From a virus: a stretch of 64,000 bases of DNA. The notes beneath the pieces are model-generated. The model searched no databases. It saw nothing but the letters and a program-made list of their open reading frames with translations, and was not told the origin of the DNA. The translations under genes and the position numbers were made by a program. The stretch spans positions 1-64,000 of IMG/VR virus record IMGVR_UViG_3300047666_000603. The stretch is one strand, 5' to 3'. This document shows, in pieces, positions 10,913 through 18,518 of this stretch. Position 1 is the first letter of the stretch. Each line of letters opens with the position of its first letter.

Positions 10913-11426
10913 TACTTATTGTTTTCAGCAAATTTAAGGGATTAGATTCATTCTTGCAAGAGAAAACAGAGAATTAATTCCTTATTCTTATTTAGACTAA
11001 ATAAAAATAGCCCCATAATTGAACTTTAATTTTCCCATAAACTTAGATGTGGCGGCGGAGGCGATAGCCGACGGTGGCGCAGAGAAGTTTATTATTACGT
11101 AGCTTGTAACACTTGCTATTCCCGCACTGTGTATAACAAGCACTAATTATGTTAAAAAGTTTTTGTATATTTAACATACTATGTCAGGAATGTTGGCTAA
11201 CTTTGCAGAGTGTATCTTTTCTACCGCTAAACCCAACGTTAATTAGTGTGTATTTCTAACGCAAATCCACTAACGTTTTTTTTGTTGTGTTGGGTGTTAC
11301 CCAGTGTGTGAGAATAAGTTGGCAATACAGGATGCTTGCGCCCCACCCCCTCGTTTATTTATTTTCAATGTAGTGTTGGTTCTTCCAAATATATTTACGT
11401 ATATTTACGGAAACAAAACAGTAGCA

Positions 11427-12038
11427 ATGAAAAAAGTAACAAAGAAATTACAGCAGTTTATTGATTCAATTTCAACCATTGGAGACAGTACTATACCTGA
11501 TGATGATGGTAAGATTTACTATTCTAAAGTGGACGGCTCCTATTTAACAAGAGTTGGTATGGAAAACGATTTAAACTACCTATTGAAATTAGGAGTAAGT
11601 GAGCAAATACAGAGCGGGTATGGGGAGCCATCCACCGCTTGTATTGGATTTAACCCAACAGAGCAAAAATGGTACGGGTGGAGTCATAGAGCAATATATG
11701 GGTTTGGCGTTGGTAGTGAATGTAAAAAAGGATCGTGCGGATATTCCGCAAGCAATAAAAAAGATTTTGCAGAAGAAAATTTAAGGTGGTATTGCGACAC
11801 AGACATGGATGAAACGTATAAAGTAGACATTTCTGCAAAAGAGGCAATACAAGAAGGTAAGTTAGGTGTTAAAGTTGAATATACATATAACAATAAAGTG
11901 CCAAACGAATCTATGAGAAGCACCACTCATTTTGTTTTTGAGCCGTATCCAAAGAAATGGGGGAAAGGAGAATGGACTGCAAACTCACTTAATGAAGCAA
12001 GAGAAATGGCTGTAGATTTCGCTAAAGGAGTTTCCTAA
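11427..12038 (+). CDS. hypothetical phage protein
   Basis: ATG at 11427 after tandem TATATTTACG; IGFNPTEQKWYGWSHRA. Confidence 0.65.
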   Translation: MKKVTKKLQQFIDSISTIGDSTIPDDDGKIYYSKVDGSYLTRVGMENDLNYLLKLGVSEQIQSGYGEPSTACIGFNPTEQKWYGWSHRAIYGFGVGSECKKGSCGYSASNKKDFAEENLRWYCDTDMDETYKVDISAKEAIQEGKLGVKVEYTYNNKVPNESMRSTTHFVFEPYPKKWGKGEWTANSLNEAREMAVDFAKGVS

Positions 12039-12272
12039 CCCCCGCCAAAAATAAACAACAATAGTAATGATATAAAGACACCATTAAGCGCAAAAGAAGC
12101 TGAACATCTATTGACTCAATTTCACGTGCAAAAGCCATTAGGTGATTAATTTCCCCCAACACCAATAAAAGTCTTCCTATTAGGATTGTACAAAGGGAGT
12201 ACTTATATTGTGGGGGTTAGTTTGTCCAGTTTTTTAACTAATAAACTGGACTTTAACATAACATAAATAACT

Positions 12273-12494
12273 ATGAAAGAACAAGATACAAAGAACAACG
12301 TACTGGACAAATTACCCATAGGTGAGGCTGTAGAACGGTCTTCTTTTTGGTTTAATCAGTTAGGTGATTTTGAAAAATGGCTTAAATACTGCAAAATGAT
12401 TGGTGTAAACACAAGGGAATCTTACAGAACAAATTTTAATCAATATGAAATACTAGATTTATATGAATACCATAAAGCAATAAATAATCTATAA
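12273..12494 (+). CDS. small ORF of eroded cassette A0
   Basis: KLPIGEAVERS spans a degenerate site (GTT>GCT at 12327); stop overlaps TAAC. Confidence 0.55.
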   Translation: MKEQDTKNNVLDKLPIGEAVERSSFWFNQLGDFEKWLKYCKMIGVNTRESYRTNFNQYEILDLYEYHKAINNL

Positions 12495-12607
12495 CACCAA
12501 CAGAAGTCCTTTCCCTTAACGTGGCATTATTAATAAATGTAAATAATTAAGTGCGCAAGTGAATAAAAATATGCGTACATTAACCGATGATAATAAAAAC
12601 GTGAGCA

Positions 12608-12838
12608 ATGAATAAGCCTGAAAATAGTTTAGATGTAGAGGATAAAATAGTTGATATAGTAACAGACCTTTTAAGGGATGATATAACCAAAACAGAAGCA
12701 ATAGATAAGCTATTGATTTTACACAATGTTGTGGGGCGAAGCGAACAGTTAAAGGCTTTTGCTGAACACCTTGATGAAATGCATGGGGGTGAAGAATTTG
12801 CGGTAAATGAAGTTGAACCTTATTTAAAAAGCCTTTAA
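12608..12838 (+). CDS. cassette A1 ORF
   Basis: starts in hairpin loop; crosses GTT core in frame (HN-V-VGRSEQL). Confidence 0.65.
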   Translation: MNKPENSLDVEDKIVDIVTDLLRDDITKTEAIDKLLILHNVVGRSEQLKAFAEHLDEMHGGEEFAVNEVEPYLKSL

Positions 12839-12846
12839 TTGCCTAC

Positions 12847-12958
12847 AACGCTGAGTGTATGGCACGTTGCCAGCACTAACTTAATTAATAACACAAAGAT
12901 TAAAGATATGGTAAAAGATAATTTAGAAAACGAACAGCAATGTGATATACACATTGTT
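12847..12958 (+). repeat. attC-like hairpin site A2
   Basis: AAC-gctga-GTGTATGGCACGTTGC ... GCAATGTGATATACAC-att-GTT. Confidence 0.8.
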
Positions 12959-13126
12959 AGGCATAGTTGCGAGATGATAACCGAAGAGTATGTTTATAAA
13001 AACGACTTTAGATTTCAACGAACACAGAAACACGGTATTTGGTTTGTGACCTACGAAAACCACTTAATAACATTTGGACAATATAGACATGATTTAGAAG
13101 AATGGATTGATAGCAATTATGCCTAA
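12908..13126 (+). CDS. cassette A2 ORF
   Basis: ATG inside loop of site A2; CDIHI-V-RHS crosses core; stop in TAAC. Confidence 0.65.
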   Translation: MVKDNLENEQQCDIHIVRHSCEMITEEYVYKNDFRFQRTQKHGIWFVTYENHLITFGQYRHDLEEWIDSNYA

Positions 13127-13211
13127 CGGTTTGGCTAAGATTACTAGCCTAAGTAATGAACTAATCAATTAAAAACTAAGCATCATAAGGCTATTAATTT
13201 TAGCCGTTGTT
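13125..13211 (+). repeat. attC-like hairpin site A3
   Basis: AAC-ggttt-GGCTAAGATTACTAGCCT ... AGGCTATTAATTTTAGCC-gtt-GTT. Confidence 0.8.
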
Positions 13212-13234
13212 ATGGTGCGTTAATTAACTTGAAA

Positions 13235-13432
13235 ATGACAAAAGAAGAAAGGAATTTAGACCCACACAGACCTGCAAGATGCGCTATGTGGCTGTATGCT
13301 GACCAATATACTCAGCAGAAAGGTGGTAGTATGGATTTTTGGGATAAGCTATCTGATAGTGATAAAAACACTTGTAGAAGAATGGTAGAACAAATTTCTT
13401 GCACAAGACCTGAATCTGATGATGAGCGGTAA
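13235..13432 (+). CDS. cassette A3 ORF
   Basis: ORF lies wholly between GTT 13209 and AAC 13441. Confidence 0.6.
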   Translation: MTKEERNLDPHRPARCAMWLYADQYTQQKGGSMDFWDKLSDSDKNTCRRMVEQISCTRPESDDER

Positions 13433-13440
13433 TGCACCAT

Positions 13441-13485
13441 AACACCAAGAGAAGTGCCGTTACTTAATGGCATTTCTCGGCTGTT
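13441..13485 (+). repeat. conserved short anchor hairpin (array A end)
   Basis: AACACCAA-GAGAAGTGCCGTTA-ct-TAATGGCATTTCTC-GGCTGTT; near-identical to 35679-35724. Confidence 0.85.
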
Positions 13486-13533
13486 GGGCCGAGTTTTAAT
13501 TCGGAATTTCTTTTATTTTCCATTTCCTCTACG

Positions 13534-13541
13534 TATATTTG
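13534..13541 (+). promoter_or_regulatory. Bacteroidota-type -7 promoter element
   Basis: TATATTTG 17 bp before RNA ligase ATG; also at 25202, 34536 (+) and 22850, 56425, 59315 (-). Confidence 0.6.
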
Positions 13542-13558
13542 GCAAAAATCTAAAACTT

Positions 13559-14452
13559 ATGGAGTTCAAAAAGTATATGCATCTTGAGCGTTTTGACGCA
13601 ACAGAGGTGGAAAACATTGAAATAGGAACGTGCTATGTGTTCCCTAAAATAGACGGCACAAACGCTTCTGTTTGGCTTAATGACGCTGCTATTATCGCGG
13701 CGGGAAGTAGAACAAGAACACTTTCATTAGAAAAAGACAATGCGGGGTTTTATGAGTTTGCTAGTCAATGTTCTGAGATAGCTGATTTTTTAGACTCCCA
13801 CCCAACGCTTAGGCTTTACGGTGAATGGCTAGTTCCGCACAGCCTCAAAACATACAGAGAAAACGCTTGGAGAGATTTCTACGTATTTGATGTAATGGAT
13901 GATAGCGGAAGGTATTTACCTTATAATGAATACAAGTTGCTGTTAGATGAGTTTGATTTAAACTACATCCCGCCAATTAAAATCATCAAAAACGGAACAT
14001 ACGATGATTTTGTATTTCAAATGAACAGCAACAATAACTACCTTATTGAAGACGGCAAGGGAATGGGAGAAGGTGTTGTGCTAAAGAACTACTCATTTGT
14101 AAATAAGTACGGAAGAACGACGTGGGCTAAAATAGTAAGTTCTGAATTTAAAGCAAAGCATCACAAAGAAATGGGTGCGCCCGAAGTGGAATATAAGATG
14201 GTGGAGAGTGATATTGTAGATAAATTCGTCACTCAAGCATTATGCGAAAAAGTAAAGGCTAAAATAGAAATGGAGACAGGTGATTGGAAGTCGCAATACA
14301 TCCCCCGACTATTAAACACTGTTTACTACGATTTAGTTAGGGAGGAAATGTGGGAGATAGTAAAGGAATTCAAGAAGCCTAAGATTGATTTTAAAACCCT
14401 TCAACACTTTACAAATAACAAGACAAAAGAACACTTACCTAAAGTATTTTAA
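13559..14452 (+). CDS. RNA ligase (Rnl2-like nucleotidyltransferase)
   Basis: motif I PKIDGTN, LYGEW, FYVFDV, EGVVLK, WAKIV; adjacent to PNKP. Confidence 0.85.
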   Translation: MEFKKYMHLERFDATEVENIEIGTCYVFPKIDGTNASVWLNDAAIIAAGSRTRTLSLEKDNAGFYEFASQCSEIADFLDSHPTLRLYGEWLVPHSLKTYRENAWRDFYVFDVMDDSGRYLPYNEYKLLLDEFDLNYIPPIKIIKNGTYDDFVFQMNSNNNYLIEDGKGMGEGVVLKNYSFVNKYGRTTWAKIVSSEFKAKHHKEMGAPEVEYKMVESDIVDKFVTQALCEKVKAKIEMETGDWKSQYIPRLLNTVYYDLVREEMWEIVKEFKKPKIDFKTLQHFTNNKTKEHLPKVF

Positions 14453-14454
14453 AA

Positions 14455-15348
14455 ATGATAAGAGCATACATAGGAATTTCAGCGAGTGGGAAAACAACCC
14501 TTTGCAAGGGCGATATGAAATTAAATACTAATTCTGTTAGAGTTAATAGAGATGATTTACGTTTTGCTGTTTACGGTCTTGATTACGATTCTTACGGTGA
14601 TTATTTTAAGCGTGATGATTTTTACAGGTGTGAGCAGTTTATATCTGATTTAGCGGATAGAATTGTTTCTCGCGCCATATCTAAGGGAAAAGATGTTTAC
14701 ATAGACAACACTCATCTAAAGCAAAAATATCTAAAGAAATATTACACTTACGGAGTGGATGTTGAGCTTGTTTGGTGTGATGTAGATATTGATCTTGCGC
14801 TTCATAGAAACGTAAATAGAAAAGACCATTTTGTTGACTCTGAAATAATCAAAAAGCAAAATGACTCTTATGAAATTATAAAGAAGAATTGGAAATCACC
14901 CGATGAAGTTGCGGAAAGAAAGATACATAATAACTCATTAAAAAAGAAGTGTTACGTATTTGACATTGATGGAACGCTTGCAGATAAAGGAGATAGAAAC
15001 CCCTATGATTATTCGCGTGTTTCAGAAGATGGTCTTAGAAATTCAGTTCTTGACGCTTATTTAGCCCATTCTTTTGACGGAAAAGAGATGATTATTTGTA
15101 GCGGAAGAGATAGTTCATGCAGAACAGAAACAGAGGATTGGTTAACGAAGAACCAAGTTTATTACACCACTCTTTACATGAGGCAAGAGGGAGACTCAAG
15201 GGCTGATTGGAAAGTGAAAGAGGAGATGTGGGATGAGATATGTAAAGATTATTATATAGTGGCTATGTATGATGATAGAAATCAAGTTGTAGACCACGCT
15301 AGGAGTCTTGGTTTTGATGTATTTCAAGTACAGGAGGGAAACTTTTAA
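14455..15348 (+). CDS. pseT: polynucleotide 5'-kinase/3'-phosphatase
   Basis: P-loop GISASGKTT, RDDLR, IDNTHL; HAD domain FDIDGTLA, SGR, DDRNQVV. Confidence 0.9.
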   Translation: MIRAYIGISASGKTTLCKGDMKLNTNSVRVNRDDLRFAVYGLDYDSYGDYFKRDDFYRCEQFISDLADRIVSRAISKGKDVYIDNTHLKQKYLKKYYTYGVDVELVWCDVDIDLALHRNVNRKDHFVDSEIIKKQNDSYEIIKKNWKSPDEVAERKIHNNSLKKKCYVFDIDGTLADKGDRNPYDYSRVSEDGLRNSVLDAYLAHSFDGKEMIICSGRDSSCRTETEDWLTKNQVYYTTLYMRQEGDSRADWKVKEEMWDEICKDYYIVAMYDDRNQVVDHARSLGFDVFQVQEGNF

Positions 15349-17111
15349 TGATGGTAACAATATTTGATAGTTTGTACGACGACAAGCCTGTGTATTCTGA
15401 GGCTAATGATGTTTTAAGTGCTTTTGCTGTTCGCGGCAAGCATTACAGCACAATAGAGAGAATAAGAAACAGCAAAGAGAAGGGGGAGAGGGATGAGTTG
15501 AAGAAAACATTGCCCATTGTTTGCTTCGGTGGGAGATTTACAGCTAGGAAGAAAGCGGCCTTAGAGAAAGCATCCCAACTCATAATCTTAGACTTCGATG
15601 AGGGGGAAAACCTAAAAACTGTAAGAGAGAGAATGGAGAAATGGAATTGCACATATTCCTGCTTTTCCTCTCCAAGCGGCGGGGATAGATTCAAGGCTCT
15701 CGTGAAGATAGATGAGGTGAAGGATGATGAGGAATTTAAGGAGTATTTTGATTTCTTTGAGCGCAATTACAGCGTAGACATAAGTGGGAAGGACATTTCT
15801 CGTGCTTGTTTTTCTACATACGACCCCGATATATACATAAACGCAAACGCTAAAGTATTTACAAAAGAAATGCTAAAGAAATATGCCCCAAAGCCGCCAA
15901 GGAAACAAACAGACCAAAAGCTAATAGAGCTTGTGAGTAATTGGATACGGCTTGCTCCCCAAGGAACGAGACAACATAATTGCTGTAAAGCTGGATTTTA
16001 TGCGGGAGGTTTAACAAAGATGGGGCAATTAGAACAAACCTCAGCACTCGCGGCATTACATCAAGCAGCCCAAGATAGGGGCGGGGAAATAGATCAGAGC
16101 ATAAGAGCAATAAACGAGAGCTTCGAGCAAGGAAAGTTGCGGCCAATTCTAAACATAAACGAACTGGACAATGTAGTGAGGGGAATGAAGAAGAAGGTGG
16201 TGGATGTAAAGAGCCTGATTGTTTCCCCTGATAAGATGAACCAACAATCAGAAGACCTATACGAAGGAAGGCTTGAAATGGGAAGGGGAATAGGAATAGC
16301 CAACTTCGATAAGTTTGTGAGGTTTAGACAGAACTCATTTACGTTTATAGTAGGGAAGCGTGGAGTGGGGAAAACAGCCACCACCCTCTACCTATTATGT
16401 CTTGACGCGGCAAAGAACAACACCAAGTATTTAGTGTGCGGAATAGAGAACAGCAGCTTCTCGCTAAGAAACCAACTCATTAGTTTCTATTTAAGGGAAA
16501 GAGCCGCCGAAGCATACAAAACAAACAAAATAGGACTGAGAGCAGCGGAGGAATTTATAGACAGCCATTTCGTTTTCATACAATACGATGAGGCATGGGA
16601 GATAGCAGACATATTGAGCATAGCAAAACAGTTAGACGAGGAGCATAACTTCGGAGGGCTGTTCATAGACCCCTACAACGCTGTTACAGTTCCTAACGTA
16701 CCAAATACATTTAAGTACCACGTAGACTCTGCAAATGCTTGTAGAATGTTTAGCGACAGGCATTTTAGTGTATTGCTTACAGCCCACCCCAACAGCGCAG
16801 GGCAAAGAGAGGCGGGAACCCCCTCTGACGTGATGGCTGAACATGGCGGCACATTTCCCAATAAAGCGCACATGACAATGGTAGTGGATAGGAACGCGAA
16901 AGCAGAGGGTGAGGAGAAATACACGACAAGAGTGAGTGTAGATAAAGTGAGAGACAAGGATATATTTGGGGGAGACGAAACCGCAACGGAATTTCCAATA
17001 GTGATGAGGCTAAACCCGATAAACGCAACATTCATAGCCCACCTCCCGATTCACGGAGAATCAAACTATGAGTTTAAAACATACGACTTAATGTCGGAAG
17101 TAAAGAAATAA
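15348..17111 (+). CDS. primase-helicase (VirE-N/BT4734-like primase + SF4-like helicase)
   Basis: LIILDFD, FSSPSGG, KDISRACFSTYDP; Walker A GKRGVGKT, FIDPYN, TAHP. Confidence 0.8.
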   Translation: MMVTIFDSLYDDKPVYSEANDVLSAFAVRGKHYSTIERIRNSKEKGERDELKKTLPIVCFGGRFTARKKAALEKASQLIILDFDEGENLKTVRERMEKWNCTYSCFSSPSGGDRFKALVKIDEVKDDEEFKEYFDFFERNYSVDISGKDISRACFSTYDPDIYINANAKVFTKEMLKKYAPKPPRKQTDQKLIELVSNWIRLAPQGTRQHNCCKAGFYAGGLTKMGQLEQTSALAALHQAAQDRGGEIDQSIRAINESFEQGKLRPILNINELDNVVRGMKKKVVDVKSLIVSPDKMNQQSEDLYEGRLEMGRGIGIANFDKFVRFRQNSFTFIVGKRGVGKTATTLYLLCLDAAKNNTKYLVCGIENSSFSLRNQLISFYLRERAAEAYKTNKIGLRAAEEFIDSHFVFIQYDEAWEIADILSIAKQLDEEHNFGGLFIDPYNAVTVPNVPNTFKYHVDSANACRMFSDRHFSVLLTAHPNSAGQREAGTPSDVMAEHGGTFPNKAHMTMVVDRNAKAEGEEKYTTRVSVDKVRDKDIFGGDETATEFPIVMRLNPINATFIAHLPIHGESNYEFKTYDLMSEVKK

Positions 17112-17397
17112 ATGTTATATTGGCATATGGAAAACAAAGAAATTTCGGTTCTTTTGAAAGAAAGACTACAAGACATTGAAAAAAAATTAAAAGGTAGAGA
17201 TTTTTATTTAATTAAATATGTAAAAGAAGAGGTTATGATGTCCTATTCTGATGGATATAAAGACGCTTCTGATGTTGCTAGAAAGATTTTTTACAAATGA
17301 AAGAATTATTATCAATAGTTATTCCAATATTGCTTGCTGTTTTGTTATTTTGGTTTTGTTTTATTAGAACCCAAGATTGGGACGGGGGAGATGTATT

Positions 17398-18270
17398 ATG
17401 AAAGAAAAATTACTTGTAAGTTTCAGCGGCGGCGAAACATCTGCGTATATGGTGTGGTGGGTAAAGAAACACTGGGCTAATAAATACGATATAAAGTTTG
17501 TATTCGCCAACACTGGTGAGGAAAACGAAGAAACACTTTTGTTTACTAAAAAGTGCCAAGAATATTTTAATATTGATTTAGTTTGGGTGGAGGCTGTATT
17601 TCATAAAGAAAAAGGAAAAGGAACTACTCATAAGGTGGTTCCTTTTGAAGCGGCGGAAAGAAGTAATAAACTATTTATGGATATGGCTGCGGTATATGGG
17701 ATACCAAACCAAATGTTTCCCCACTGCAACAGGGAGCTAAAACTAGCCCCAATTAAGTCTTACTTGAGAAGTGTTGGGTGGAAAAAATATCAAACAGCTA
17801 TAGGGATAAGAAATGATGAAATAGATAGGGTTAACGTAAATAGAGAAAAATATAGGCTTTTATATCCGTTAGTTACAGATCAACCAATGACAAAGCCTAA
17901 AATAAACTTTTGGTGGTCACAACAACCATTCAGGTTAAATTTAAAGGGTTATCAAGGAAACTGCAAAACGTGTTGGAAAAAGGGTGATAATAAATTGTAT
18001 CAAATAGCAAAAGAAAATAGACGGTTTTTTGACTCATTTAAAGAAGTTGAAAAAACTTACACTAATTTTGTTCCAGAAGGAAGAAGTGCTACGGATGAAA
18101 AGATTACATTTTTTAGAAGGGGGAGGTCTACGGAGCAGATATTAAAAGAAGCGGAAAATTTTAACGGTGTAGTAAGAGATGATTCCGCCGAAATAAATTA
18201 TCAAACATCAATACTAGATTACGATGAAAGTGAAAGTTGTGATATTTATGCAATGTGTGGGGATAATTAA
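17398..18270 (+). CDS. PAPS-reductase-like (adenine nucleotide alpha-hydrolase) protein
   Basis: VSFSGGETS, FANTGEE, CNRELK, GIRNDE, GNCKTCWKK. Confidence 0.75.
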   Translation: MKEKLLVSFSGGETSAYMVWWVKKHWANKYDIKFVFANTGEENEETLLFTKKCQEYFNIDLVWVEAVFHKEKGKGTTHKVVPFEAAERSNKLFMDMAAVYGIPNQMFPHCNRELKLAPIKSYLRSVGWKKYQTAIGIRNDEIDRVNVNREKYRLLYPLVTDQPMTKPKINFWWSQQPFRLNLKGYQGNCKTCWKKGDNKLYQIAKENRRFFDSFKEVEKTYTNFVPEGRSATDEKITFFRRGRSTEQILKEAENFNGVVRDDSAEINYQTSILDYDESESCDIYAMCGDN

Positions 18271-18387
18271 AACAGCACTATGAGCGAACAAAGAAGAAGA
18301 CGACGTAAGATGCAAAGGGAATACGAGAAGTATATGCGAGAAATACGTAGGGATGCTTTTAAGAGAGCCGAGGAGCAGAAGGAAGAG

Positions 18388-18455
18388 AAATGATTTTTAA
18401 CACTAAGCTAAGTTCCGTTATTTCAATGGAATTTAGCGGCTGTTAGAAGTTGTTT
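18388..18455 (+). repeat. solo (empty) anchor site of the cassette system
   Basis: AACACTAA-GCTAAGTTCCGTT...AATGGAATTTAGC-GGCTGTT; outer flanks AAATGATTTTTAAC/GTTAGAAGTTGTTT pair with each other (WC or G-T at all 14 positions). Confidence 0.8.
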
Positions 18456-18462
18456 CTTTTTT

Positions 18463-18498
18463 CAATAACAAGGAGCAAAACAGAGAGTGTTACTTTTG
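18463..18498 (+). promoter_or_regulatory. putative late promoter CAATAAC-N21-TACTTTTG
   Basis: one of 7 copies with identical spacing ahead of virion/lysis genes. Confidence 0.7.
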
Positions 18499-18518
18499 GC
18501 TAAACAAAACCGAAAGAA

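Larger units (their letters stand above)
12148..13495 (+). mobile_element. integron-like cassette array A (3 intact + 1 eroded cassette)
   Basis: hairpin sites at ~12518-12730, 12847-12958, 13125-13211, anchor 13441-13485; cassette ends complementary, e.g. GTTAGGCATAGTT/AATTATGCCTAAC and GTTATGGTGCGTTA/TAATGCACCATAAC. Confidence 0.75.

Noticed and set aside
11231-11295. Additional cassette site ACCCAAC...GTTGGGT
   Set aside because: The internal stem lacks the 5/3 or 5/4 spacer geometry and anchor consensus.
12148-13495. CRISPR array interpretation of the repeated hairpins
   Set aside because: Repeats are not identical, spacing is irregular and the intervening units carry ORFs or RNAs; no cas operon is present.
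13454-13558. N-terminal extensions in the ORF track (also 11304, 12839, 25259, 25522, 34953, 35208)
   Set aside because: They start within hairpin or promoter DNA, mostly from GTG/TTG; downstream ATGs with A-rich leaders are more plausible.
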